Below are positions 25,898 to 39,399 of a DNA stretch of 64,000 bases, piece by piece. Made by a program: the position numbers and the translations under genes. The stretch comes from Octopus sinensis (taxonomy: Eukaryota): the NCBI RefSeq assembly GCF_006345805.1, contig NC_043006.1, forward strand, positions 47,244,001 through 47,308,000, read 5' to 3'. Under the pieces are notes generated by a model. That model was given only the letters and a program-made list of their open reading frames with translations. It ran no database searches and was not told where the DNA came from. Numbering within the stretch: position 1 is the stretch's first letter; every line of letters starts with the position of its first letter.

Positions 25898-26052
25898 TTA
25901 GAGACAAAACCACTATTTTGCAAAACAAACAAGGAAAGACTTAATCAATACATAAAATTTTAATAAAATTTTTATTAAAATTTTATGTATTGATTAAGTC
26001 TTTCCTTGTTTGTTTTGCAAAATAGTGGTTTTGTCTCTAATAATATTATATA
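25886..26052. repeat. Perfect 83-bp-arm palindrome (1-nt centre) at the end of a dispersed (TA)n-flanked module
   Basis: Arms compared by eye; module homologs at about 46300-46450 and 51811-52060. Confidence 0.9.
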
Positions 26053-27213
26053 ATATTTTACTATAAAATTGGATTTAATCCTAAATCTGATTTTTTCCCT
26101 GTAAATTTGGATTTATTCCCTAATATTTATTATATATATATATATATAATATATATGTATGTATAAATCGCATATATCGGTACAGGATTTCACCCACGGC
26201 CCAAGTAGCTTGAAATACGGAAACAAACGAGTTAAACATGTAAACCACGAGAAAAAAATGTACGACAGGACAAGTAAACAGAGAGAAAGTACACTTCATC
26301 ATTTGTTGGCTGTCTATGTACTCCCCGTTTCAAGCATTCAATGACAATATGAGTGATCAAAGACAGATGCTCTCATAAACTCTAAAATTTAAAAAATTTG
26401 GATTTATGGACGGTCGAAGTTGGGAATAAAAACATGACAGTGGAGGCATACAAGAATACCGAACGAAAGCAAAGATAGGATGTTATCAGGTCAGAACGGT
26501 GAGAGAAATAAATTCACATGCTGTTTTGTAGGGGACTACGGTGACTAGAAATTGGCCACATATAGACCTACGATGTTAAGGAATCACTAATGTCTAATAT
26601 TGAACAGGCTAGCAGTTCACATGGAAATTCTGTAAAAGTGTGTGCTGTATATGACATATATGTGTGTTCGCATGTATTTATACGTGTCTGTGTGCCTCTC
26701 TTTCTTTCTCCCTTTCTTTCTGTGTGTGTGATTGTATATATATATGTACATATATATGTGTGTGCGTGTGCGTGTATGTATATATATATGACACTTTTGC
26801 AAATCTACTGCATATATTTCAAATAAAAAAAATTTCTTACAAATAATTGACTATTAAAAGAAAATTGACCATATAATTGACCAAAACATAATTTACGTCA
26901 TTGAGTTATTTTCTATATTTAAACGCTTCTTCCTAGTGACAGTGGATGTTTCGTTATATAATTGTGTGTAGTAAAAAAAAAATTCTAAAGAACGTTTGAT
27001 GAAAAATAACTATGCCGCCTAAGGGAAATTTGAACTTACTAATTCTCTTGGTAGTTATGAAGTGTTTACCAATTTCCCCAAAGCAACATGCCAACGGCGT
27101 CTTTTTTTGTATTTTGCTTTAATATATGGGCCATTCCACACACTCACATACACGCACCGACACACATACTCACACACACACACAAACACACACACACACA
27201 CACACATACACAA

Positions 27214-27247
<34 letters not shown>

Positions 27248-27404
27248 TTTACGGAGATGTACTTGCATAGCGTGTGACTTGTTCTGAGATCGTATGCTGG
27301 AACGAAAACAATTGCAGCGTGGAAAGTGTTTATATGCCATTTAAGAAACACACAGAACCGTTTTGTGTGTTTCTGAAATGGCTTTTAAACACCTTTCACG
27401 CTGC

Positions 27405-27449
<45 letters not shown>

Positions 27450-27669
27450 CATGCACCCATACTTTAACGTGTATCATCCACTTAAATAAGTCTTACGAAC
27501 ATATTCCTGCGCCAAATGAAATTACTTATGTAGCATCTTATAGAAATAGTCATAAATACACATAGCAAAATTTTATTCAGCAAAACCAATATAATTCTTG
27601 ATTACTACATTGATGAGACTGAAATGCATTAATCGTTCGAACTTTATTTAAGTTGACCAATAAACATTT

Positions 27670-28430
27670 TGCAAATTACGCCGAGTTCGACTTTGCCTTT
27701 TATCCTTTCGAGATCAATAAATTAAGTACCAGTTGCGGGCTGCAGTCGATCAAATCGACTGAGTCCCTCCCCCAAAATTTGGGGATCTGTGTCTAGAATA
27801 GAAAAGAATATATATCTTACATTTTGGCACAAATTCAGCAACTTCTGGGAAGGAAATAACTCGATTACATCGACGCCTAATCTTCTATCTACCTCGAGGG
27901 GTAAAACGTAAAGTTTTCCCCGGCGGCATTTGTACTCTGAAAGTGTAATCGGATGAAATGCCACTAGATGTTTTACTGGCGTGCTAACGCGTTTTGGAGA
28001 TTACGCAGGCTTGTGGTGAGGAGGTAAGCCAATTATGTCCACCTCAGTGTTTAACTAGTACTTATTTTATCGACTATGAAGTGATAAAAGTCAAAGTCGA
28101 CCGTGGCGGAATTTCAAGTCAGAACGTAAAGAGGATGAAAATACCTATTTCTTTATTACCCACAAGGGGCTAAACATAGAGGAGACAAACATAGACAGAT
28201 ATGGGTATTAAGTCGATTATATCGACCCCAGTGCTTAACTGGTACTTAATTTATCGACCCCGAAAGGATGAAGGGCAAAGTCGACCTCGGCGGAATTTGA
28301 AATCACTACGTAACGGCAGCCGAAATACCGCTAAGCATTTCGCCCGACGTGCTAACGATTCTGCTAGCTCGCCGCCTTAGAGGATGAAAATACCGTTAAG
28401 CATTTTGATCGGCGTGGTAACGAATCTCCC
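27670..28430. mobile_element. Cluster of SINE family B-type copies in both orientations
   Basis: Repeated GTCGACTTTGCCTTT / AAAGTCGAC and GATTACATCGAC motifs. Confidence 0.75.
28141..28378 (-). mobile_element. Full-length SINE family B nested in an older family B copy, 16-bp TSD
   Basis: TSD AGAGGATGAAAATACC at 28130-28145 and 28379-28394. Confidence 0.9.
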
Positions 28431-30149
28431 TTCTCCCCGTCTTGACCAATATTAAACATTAAGTCCTATTGGTCTTGTCTGCATTTTTAGTAGTCTATAT
28501 CTCATCGACTCCCCAGGCATATTTTCCGAGATTATATAACTTGGGAGAACAGCACTCCCCCAATTTATTGGGACTTACATGTATATATTAACACAGTTTT
28601 ATTCAAAACTTCGTTGGTACTCTTGAGTTTCAAGCGTACACGAATGAGGACCTGAAGTAAATTCAGTGCAATTCATGTCGTCACCTGGCGTGTGGCACAC
28701 CGTTCTTCTTTTCAGACAACGTCGATCTGTTTGAGAGAGTGAACTAGTGTGCGGCACGATCATTTGATTCCCATACACAAAGAATTTATGCAGGTTGTGT
28801 GTAAATATCCGTATTGCACGTGCATACGCACACACACACATACAAACACACACATACACTCTTTCTCTCTCTCACACACACACTCAAATACACACATATA
28901 TACACATTTGGACAATGGAAAAGTCTTTTATATTTCGAGCCTATGCTCGTCAACAGAAAGAAATAAGAGAAAATAAACAGAGAAAGCGAATGAAAACAAT
29001 AAACCTGTAGATTTAGCTGTCAATCACGGCAAATAATTAGAAAAAGAAGCTTGAAAGAAGCGTTTGAAAGGGACATAATAAGGTATTGGCGTTCCCTCCC
29101 AACTGAAGGTGTACATGCATGTGTGTACACGTGAGAATGGTGTGCGTGAATGTGTTAGTGTGTGGGAATAGGAGCTAGTGACTGTGACGTGTGTGAATAT
29201 GTGCGTCTGTAACGTATGTGTATGTGTTGTGTATAGCAGTTGAGGTGTGCTTTTTGACCTGCTATGTGATTATATCTCTGTACCTGTGTCTGTGACCAAA
29301 CAGTGTGCATGTATACGGTGTATATATGTGTGCGTAAGTTAACATTGTCTAAGTATGTATCGTATGTTAATGCGTATTGCCTGCGTATATATATATATAT
29401 AGCCTGTGTTCAGGTATTATGTGTTTGCCTGGGTGTGAGAGTATATATTGTCTGCGTGGGGTACGACGGTATCAATGAAGAGAGGAGGTAGGTAAGAGTA
29501 AAGAGAGGAGGTAGGTGTCAGATGAAGAGAGGAGGTGCGCTGAGCCTATTTGGCGCAAAAGAGTGAAGAGAAAAGATTAATTCCAGTACATGGTGAAGGC
29601 TGGAGTCCGGATGGACCCTGTGCAAAGACACATGCAAATTAGTGAAGAACTCCAAACTTTCCAGTTGTGTATATAAACATTTTTTTTTGTAATGAGTTAG
29701 CACCACAACCACATGGTTTTGGGTCCGGTTCCAATCACTGGCACCGCCAGTAGATGGCCTCCACTAACCCCTTGGGCCATTCAAGGATTCTTTATTGAAT
29801 CGGGTAAGTGGACGCGGAAAACAGTCTATAATATATGCACATATATATCCGCGCTAAATACCTCACATGATTACTACTTCCGAGGGTCCAGTCGCTCTCA
29901 AACATATGTAGCCCGGATTTTATTTAGTGTATTCTTTAATTTGGGTATTTTTATTCGCATACCCAGCAATCCTGTTTGGTAACCGTGAATTATAAAGTGT
30001 TTGTTTTATAAAATGTTTGTTATTATATATATATATATTTATTTATAATAAGATTAGCTCGTATACGAGTGGGTATATATTTGTAAAAAATGAAGTTTGA
30101 AAATGCTGCTATATTAGACAAATTTTAATTTTTATATATACATTATTTA

Positions 30150-30192
30150 TTTAACATGTTTCGGTTCTTGAAATGACGAACCTTATCAAAAA
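30150..30192 (-). ncRNA. Hammerhead motif, U3:A8 core variant (best-preserved copy)
   Basis: Minus strand TTT-TTGATAA-GGTTC-GTCATTTCAA-GAACC-GAAA-CATG-TT-AAA. Confidence 0.6.
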
Positions 30193-30655
30193 AAAAAATT
30201 ATATATAAAAAAGATAGTTCATGCTATCAAATATAAAAAATTCATATATAATATTCAATAGAGTCAAACATAAAAAATTCATATATAGTAAAGCGAGTCC
30301 ATGCTATATGTTTAAAGAGTATGATGTAGTAGTTCATAGTGCTGATATGCATTCAATAGAGTCAAATATAAAAAATTCATGTTCTTGAAAAAGCGAGGAA
30401 TTCATTTTAGATTTTACCTTGTGTTCCAATGGGAGCAACTGTAATGATTTTTGGTTGGTGTCTGTTCGTATAGTTTTGGTGAATTTTGTGAATTGTTTGG
30501 GTCTATATCAGCTCAGCTTAGCTGCCTCACTTGCATTTTTCACTGACGTCATATAGTTCCCAATCAATCAAAACTCAGTCTCAACGAATATATCCTATAT
30601 ATATATATATATATATGTATGTATATGTATTATGAATTATGAATATGTATACATA

Positions 30656-31410
30656 TCTATTATATAGAATGCGTTCTGTCTATCTGTGTATGTGTCTTCT
30701 AGGATATCGGGCATCCTCCATCCGATTGCGCTAAAATTTGATATGTAGATACTGACGGTATCAGGGTGTGTAAAGGCGGCTAGCTGGCAAAAACGTTAGC
30801 ACGCCGGACGAAATGCTTAGCGGTATGTTCTGAGTTCAAATACCACCGAGCTCGACTTTGCCTTTCATCCTTTCGGGGTCGATAAATTAAGGACCAGTTA
30901 CGCACTGGGGTCGATATAATCGACTTAATCCGTTTGTCTGTCCTTGTTTGTCCTCTCTGTGTTTAACCCCTTGTGGGTAGTAAAGAAATAGGTATCAGGG
31001 CGTGTATAAGTCGTGAAAATATTACGATCAATAAAGCCGTGGGAACGTGCATTTGTACGCGCAAGTACATCAGTTGTTGCGATCGATACTACGCGTACGC
31101 GAGGAAAATGCACGTGCAGTTTGCGCAAAAATGTCGACTGGCTTGAAATAATGCCATAAAATGCAGTATATTTAAGAGACCAAAAAAGTAAGATGGAAAA
31201 GAGATATTTACTTCAATCTTGGCATGAAGGAAGGAAAAAATATTTGGTTTCTCAAGAAGTTATTTTTTGCCGTAACGTCGTTAAATAAAGCCATGAATTT
31301 TATTGAAATAAAGGCAGCTTAATTATTTTTTAATAAAAAGAAAACACTGATTGCCTTTTATTCAGCAGATATGATTTACTACCGTCCATTGGACGGAGGC
31401 ATTTTGCTCG
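30656..31410 (+). mobile_element. Non-autonomous Helitron-like element, family H2, with nested SINE
   Basis: 5' A|TCTATTATATAG; 3' hairpin CCGTCC-ATT-GGACGG then TTTTGCTCG|T; homologous to 17087-17449. Confidence 0.7.
30773..30995 (+). mobile_element. SINE family B with 16-bp TSD
   Basis: TSD GGTATCAGGGYGTGTA at 30757-30772 and 30991-31006. Confidence 0.9.
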
Positions 31411-32014
31411 TATATTCACATATTTATATCTAAGCGTGTGAGTGTGAGTGTGTGTGTGTCCTTACGTATTATTGTTTTCAAATTTTTAAAAAATTAGATT
31501 ATAAAATCTCAATCGTTAAGTAAATATTTTCTTAAAAATTCATACCTATCAAAAAATTAATGAAAAAATACATTAAGACAAAACTTTCGATAAGCATACA
31601 CGATAATCAGTTTACAGAACACATTTTTATATAATTTATTCTGTACATAAATATAATCATTTAAAAAAAAACACTAAACTCTGAGATCTTACTCGCTATC
31701 CATTTCCAAATGTTTTTCTTTGGTAAACATTGAAAATGTATTTGACACATTTCCTATTAATGTTATTCATTTTAGTTTTTACTAACAAAGAAAAAATACA
31801 CACATAAGTGCATCATTAGTTATTTGTCAATAGGTAAGAAAATTACGATTAGATATTTAACAGAAATTCATCGTACCGCTCCAGATTCAAGTAATATATC
31901 GTACAGACTTTAAAACGTTAGCGGTTTTTCAATCTTCACGGAAGTAATACGCTGAGTTCGTTTGTGAATTTTGTTTAAATACATGGGCTATTATATATAC
32001 ATACATACATGCAA

Positions 32015-32103
<89 letters not shown>

Positions 32104-32211
32104 CATATATATATATATATAGACACACAGAGAAAGACAGAGAGGCGGAGTGAGGGAGAGACATATGAATATCTATATCTATAGCTATCTATCTATCTAT
32201 CTATCTATCAA

Positions 32212-32251
<40 letters not shown>

Positions 32252-32778
32252 CATATATATATATATATAATATATATATATATAATATAACTTCAGAAGA
32301 TAGAGATATAGATATGCATTTTATTGGCACAGAACAGGATTTAATCAATTTTCAAATGCATTCTAACTTACTCATAACAAAATTAAATTCACAACGATGT
32401 GTTGTACGTTACTGCCTCGATGCGGTTATAAGAATAGTTACATACTTCATTTCTTAATCGATATTAATATTGGTTAAGGGCTTCTTGGGAACGCATTGAA
32501 CAAACATTAAATTTCGATAAATACTATTATATGCTTTTAGTGAAAACTAGGCTGAAGTGAAATTTTTCAGAGTTGCATGCTTGCGCATATATGAAATATG
32601 ATTTTTAGCAAAAATAAAAAAAAAATCAGTAGGCCACTTCAGCGATAATTGAACTCGCATACCATAACATTAGAAGGAATGCTTTCTACAATGTTCACCG
32701 AAGTAACACATTACCAGTGTATAAGTAAAATAAACATAAGTATATGATTTATATAACACACACACACACACACATATA

Positions 32779-32845
<67 letters not shown>

Positions 32846-32869
32846 GTATATATATATATATAATATATA

Positions 32870-32912
<43 letters not shown>

Positions 32913-32959
32913 ATTAACACACACACACACGTATATATATACTTTCACAGATATATACA

Positions 32960-33039
<80 letters not shown>

Positions 33040-33040
<1 letters not shown>

Positions 33041-33075
33041 TAGCTGAAGGTGACCCGCTCTACGCGCGGGTAAGA
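33040..33075 (-). mobile_element. Helitron-like 3' terminus fragment
   Basis: Plus strand A|CTAG then hairpin ACCCGC-TCTACGC-GCGGGT. Confidence 0.5.
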
Positions 33076-33418
33076 GTGTGGATGTTACTTTCTGTTGCTT
33101 CCTTTCAGCACGTAAAAAGCACCATCCGAACGTGGCCGACTGCAGTGCCGCCTTGACCGGCTTCTGGGCCGGTGGCACGTAAAAAGCACCAACCGATCGT
33201 TGCCGCTGCCAGGCCCCCTGGCACCTGTGCCGGCGGCACCAAAAAAGCACCCACTACACTCACAGAGTGGTTGGCGTTAGGAAGGTCATCCACCTGTAGA
33301 AACACTGCCAGATCAGACTGGAGCCTGGTGCAGCCTCCTGGCTTCCCAGGCCCCGGTCAAACTGTCCATCCCGTGCTAGCACGGAAAACGGACGTCAAAC
33401 GATGATGATGATGATGAT
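33076..33418 (+). mobile_element. SINE family F, 3' portion with (GAT)n tail
   Basis: GGTTGGCGTTAGGAAGGTCATCC body motif, GCTAGCACGGAAAACGGACG end, (GAT)n tail; three internal GCACGTAAAAAGCACC-like repeats. Confidence 0.7.
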
Positions 33419-35010
33419 TCTCCATCTTTGTTTCTCTCTCCTTTCTCTCTCACTTTCCCACTCTCTTACTTTGGTTTTCCCTCGGACTCTCCCTCGCTTT
33501 CTCTTACTCTCTATTTTTATCTATCTCTCTCCCATTTATAAACAACAAAAGATCTTGAGTAAGTTGAGAAATAAAATATTTTGAAAGATCAATCATAAAT
33601 ATCAGGCAGTGGCAACGGAAATGTCTGCTTCAAAGCAGACAGCAAAACACTAACATTTAAAAGGGACAGACGAAGTTGCGAGCTGAATAAAAATAATAAC
33701 ATATTGGAAACCAAAGTTTGAAGGGATAGAATCTGAGGATAGTAGAGTCACCATGGCTGGCATTTTTTAACGACGGAGAGCAACGTATTGACAGTTCAAC
33801 GGCTGGCGTAAAATTTTGAACTTGATGTAAAAGAAAATTGGTAAACACCAATTTTTGAAGTGATTCTTTCTCACGACAGTAGAATCACCATGGCAAGCAT
33901 TCAAAACTTCTTCATCATGGACAGCAACACATTGACGATTGAAAGGCAGGCGCCAATTTTTTAGCTTGATGTAACAGAGAATTGCTAAACACCCGCTCCT
34001 TTAAATTTTAATCCCCTTCCAGCCCCATTTAGATCCCTTTTCACATTTTGGTTAATATAACCTGATTTCATTTGGGTCTACTGGGGCCACATTTTATAAG
34101 ATGAGGAATGTTGTCCTAGCGGTCACGCCTTTCATTTGAGGAAAAGAAATATTTGTCATGCAAACTTGCCAGCACTTTTAATATAGGTGTGCATATTTTC
34201 AGCTCAACCGACCACATAATGTATACGTTATATATATATATATGTATATGTGTGTGTGTGTGTGTTTTGGAGTGTCTGTCATACGTGAGTGTTGACGCTG
34301 AATTCGACTGGTAAGCAGGTAACCTTGTCTTTGTTGTGAGCTGCTGGAGTTATTTCTGTGACAGGTAATAGGAATTTCCATATCCTCCGAGGAAACGAAC
34401 TGTTGACCCAGACAATTAGAATTAATTTTAATAAAAGCATCAATTTAAGAAAATAAAGTAGTAAAAAATGAAAATTTAGTACGAAGAATTTGCAGGGTTC
34501 TAAATAAATGTTAAAATGTAATAGATACGAAAAACCTACGTTATCACCAGAACACGAACGCTCGTTGGTGCGTTCTGTTTGTATTTGCTCCATCGGCGCG
34601 TTGTCAGGCAGACAATAGAATGCGATGGCGAGATTCATAATATTTGTTGTCATGATTGTGTGTTGGTGGCGGCGATGATAATTCTCTCTATGAATGCAGA
34701 TAGATACATAAAAGAATGCCGTTTGACGAAGTGAAATTGATGGGAAGGTAGGAAATAGAGTGAGTGAAAAAGTGCTGGGAAGGAAGGAAACAGCGTGAGC
34801 GAGGGAGAAAAACAGATACATTAAAGAATGGGAGTGGACTTGTCAAAGTAGGTTTTTGGCCCTAGCAACGACACCTTTAAAGATAGGGATTTCTAACGTA
34901 GCCCATGGGTATCGTCACCTCATTTTACATGTCCCTGTAAATTTTGGAGTCAATCCGACGGGATGTAGTGGACTTGAAAGCGATCCAAGCGGTCCAAACG
35001 CATTTCAGTT

Positions 35011-35050
<40 letters not shown>

Positions 35051-35470
35051 TTGCATATTAATTATATTTACAGATATAGGTACGCATATATAAATATGTC
35101 TTCATATACACATACATTCATGTGTTTGAGTGTGTGTGTTTGTGTACTTGAATATATGTACATATACATAAATATTTCAAACATATTGCTCAACAAGGTT
35201 TCAAGAGAGTTATTTTATAAAAAAAGTTATTAAGGAATTCATATATTTTGGAATTAGTATTAGACAAAAAGTTTCACTTACAGGATAATTGAAATCAGAA
35301 TGATTTTACAACATCGTGTGTTCTCGAATGTTCTCCAAATTAACACACCGGTTATATGTCTTTAAATATATACCTATTACGATATATGTATATCATAATA
35401 CGTTTATATTAGGAGACGGAGAGAGAAGGAAGAGGACAGATGGAAGGGATATGTGGGTATACATGCATGC

Positions 35471-35521
<51 letters not shown>

Positions 35522-36467
35522 TATATATATAATCACTTCAAAAGATGGATATATAGATGTATATTTTATTGGCACAGAACAGAATTGTTCATCAGAAAAT
35601 CAAACTGTTTTTTTAAGCAATTTCCAGAACGCATTCTAACATACTCATAACAAAATTAAGTTCAGAACGATGTGTTGTACGTTACTGCCTCGATGCGGTT
35701 ACAAAAATAGTTAAATGCTTGACTACTTGATCAATATTAATATTGGTCTAGGGCTTCTTGGGAACGCATTGACCAACCCTTAAGTTAGATAAATACTATT
35801 ATTTGCTTTTAATGAAAATTAGGCTGCATTGAAATTTTGCACACAAGCATGGTTGTACATATAAGAAATATTATGATTTTTAGCAAAAATAAAAAAAAAA
35901 CATCAGTATGCTACTTCAACGATAATTGAACTCGCATTCCTTCACGTGGACCTAAGGCTCTCTACAATTTTCCTCGTAGTAACACACTAGCTGATGATGT
36001 ACAAAATAAGCATAACTATATGACTTATATTACACCCAGACCTGTATATATATATATTATATATATATATATATTATATATATATATATTATATAGATAT
36101 ATATATATATATATATATATATAGATATATATATATTATATGTTTTATTTATATATATATATGTTTATTTATATATATTATATATATATATATATATGTT
36201 CATATATATATATATATATATATGTTTATTTATATATATATATAATATATAATATATGTTTGGCTGGCCGAGTTGAGCAAATATCAGAATTGACGCCGAA
36301 TTTGCTATGATGATTCGGTGTCTGACTGAAGATTGAAGGCTTCGAATGATTTGCTGTGTTCCGTGTTCGTCCCTTCCTGTATTTCACGTTCATTATATAT
36401 AAAAACATTCATTCTTATATATTATATATATATATGTTTATTTATATATATAATATATATATATGTT

Positions 36468-36498
<31 letters not shown>

Positions 36499-36528
36499 GT
36501 TTATATATATATATAAATAATATATTCT

Positions 36529-36565
<37 letters not shown>

Positions 36566-36737
36566 TATATATATATATATATATATATATATGTTTATAT
36601 ATATATATATAATATATATGTTTATATATATATATATTATATATATATAATATTATAGTTTATATATATATATAATATGTTTAGATAATATTATATATAT
36701 ATATATGTTTATATATATATGTTTATATATATATATA

Positions 36738-36777
<40 letters not shown>

Positions 36778-36905
36778 TATGTACATATAATATGTCTTCA
36801 CTTACACATCGTCACGTTTGAATATATATATATATATATATACATATATATGTGTGTGTGTGTGTGTAATATAAGCTATATACTTATGTTTATTTTGTAT
36901 ATCAG

Positions 36906-36959
36906 CGGGTAGTGTGTTATTTCGGTGAAAATTGTAGAGAGCATTCCGTCTACGGGAAG
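36906..36959 (+). other. 54-nt exon-like cassette, AG/GT intact (RVVCYFGENCREHSVYGK)
   Basis: TTTTGTATATCAG| ... AAG|GTATAC; open in phase 0. Confidence 0.45.
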
Positions 36960-38312
36960 GTATACGGGTTCAATTGTCACAGGCGTAACATATCGTTTTT
37001 TTGGAATTTTTGCTAATAATCATATTATTTCTTATATGAGCAATCATGCTTGGGTGCAAAATTTAACTTCAGCCTGACTTTCATTAAAAGCAAATAATAG
37101 AATTTATCTAAAATTAAGATTTGGTCAATGCGTTCACAAGAACCCCTAGACCACTATTAATATTGATCAAGGAATGAAGCATTTAACTATTTTTGTAACC
37201 ACATCGAGGTAGTAACGGAAAACACATCGTTCTGAATTTAATTTTCTTATGAGTATTTTAGAATGAGTTTTGGAAATTGTTTCAAAAAACGTTTTGATTT
37301 TCTGTGCTATTTAAATGCACATCTATATATCAATCTTCTGATGTGATATCATATATATATATATATATATGCATGTATACACATACAAAATTACATATAT
37401 CCATATCTCCCTTCCCTCTCTGCCTCCTAATACATACCTATTATGATATACATATATCATAACAGGTATATATTTAAAGACATATAACGGCCTGTTACTT
37501 TGGAGAAAATTCGAGAGCGCTCGACGTAATAAATCCAGTGTAGTTTGAATTGGAAAAAATATAATGATTTTTAGCAAAAAAAAAAAAAAATCAGTTTATT
37601 ACGTCTGCTGTAATTGAACTCGAATACATTCACGTAAACGTAAGAATGTGGAGGATGACGAATTATTCATCAGAAACTCAAAACAATTTCCAGAACGATA
37701 ACAAAATTAAATTCAGAACGATGTGTTGTGCGTTACTGCCTCGATGCGGTTACAAAAATAGTTAAATGCTCGATTCCATGATCAATATTAATATTGGTCT
37801 AGGCCTTCGTGGAAACACATTGACCAAATCTTAATTTTAGATAAATTCTATTATTTGCTTTTAATAATAATTAAGCTGAAGTGAAATTTTCCACACAAGC
37901 ATGCTTACGCTATAAGAAATAATATTTTGATTTTTAGCAAAGATAAAAAAAATAAAATTCAGTATGCTTCTTCAGGGAGAGTTGAACCCGTATACTTTCA
38001 CGTAGAAAGAATGCTCGTTACAATTTTCACCGAAGTAACACACTAGCCGTTGATATACAAAATAAACATAAGTATATGACTTATATTACGCACATACACA
38101 CACACATTTCTACATTCACACACATATACGTATATAAATATATATATATATAGATATATATATGTGTGTGAATATATACATATATACATATATACATATA
38201 TATATATATATTACATATATATATATATGTGAATATATACATATATCCATATGCATATTATATATATATATATATATATACACGTATATATATATATATA
38301 CATATATATAAT

Positions 38313-38365
<53 letters not shown>

Positions 38366-38950
38366 TTCTATATACATTTATAGATACATATATAAAAATT
38401 AGTATTCATATACACATACATTCGCGTGTTTGTGTACTTAAATATATGTACATATACATATATATTTGAAACATATTGCTACACAAGGTTTAAAGAGAAT
38501 TAATTTTAAAAATTATTAACGAAATCATATTTTTGGGAATTAATATTAGACAAAAATCTTCACTTACAGGATTATTGAAATGGCACTGATTTTAAAAATT
38601 CGAGCGCTCTCGAATTTTCTACATAATAACAGGCCGGTTATGTGTCTTTCAATATATACATATTATGATATATGCATATCATGTTGTTTGTCCTTCTCGA
38701 GCCTGCGTGGATGCGGTTACAAAAGTAGCAAAATGCTTGATTCCTTGATCAATATAAATATTGGTCTAGGACTTCGTGGGAGCGCATTGACCAGACCTTA
38801 AATTTAGATAAATACTATACTTTGCTTTTAATGAAATTTAGGCTGAAGGGAAATTTTTCAGACTTGCGCACACAGGAAAAAATATGATTTTTAGCCCCAA
38901 AAAAAGTAAGAAATCAGTGTATTATGTTTGCTGTGATTGAACACGAATAC

Positions 38951-39004
38951 CTTCACGTAGACGCAAGGCTCGCTACAATTTGCACCAAAGTAACACAATA
39001 GCGG
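38951..39004 (-). other. 54-nt exon-like cassette, AG/GT intact (PLLCYFGANCSEPCVYVK)
   Basis: TTTTGTATATCAG| ... AAG|GTATTC; open. Confidence 0.45.
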
Positions 39005-39120
39005 CTGATATACAAAATAAACATAAGTATATGACTTATATATATATATATATATTCACACACATATGCCTATATAAAAATATATATGTATGAATATATA
39101 TACATACACACACACACACA

Positions 39121-39139
<19 letters not shown>

Positions 39140-39158
<19 letters not shown>

Positions 39159-39340
39159 GGTCCCGGGTTGAGTCGGGGTTAACCACAGTAAATAAGGTAC
39201 TCAATACATAGCAGAGTAAATTAATTTATTTTACAGAGGAGCTTCTACAGGACTAGAACTGTTGCATTCAAAAGAAATCATCAGGAAGCTCCTGATGATT
39301 TCTCTTGAATGAAACAGTTCTAGTCTTGTAGAAGCTCCTT

Positions 39341-39345
<5 letters not shown>
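39140..39345. repeat. (TA)n-flanked module ending in a 49-bp-arm fold-back with hammerhead-like core
   Basis: Arms 39237-39285 and 39291-39339 match at 46/49; the right arm reads CTGATGA-N12-GAAAC...GTC. Confidence 0.75.
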
Positions 39346-39386
<41 letters not shown>

Positions 39387-39399
39387 ATATATATATATA

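Noticed and set aside
28650-28760. Candidate isolated exon with splice-acceptor-like sites on both strands
   Set aside because: Plus-strand frames all stop quickly; the minus-strand donor is weak; no recognisable domain.
29570-29660. Peptide HGEGWSPDGPCAKT reminiscent of a TSP1 repeat
   Set aside because: It lacks the second Trp and later Cys residues, stops early and has no supporting neighbours.
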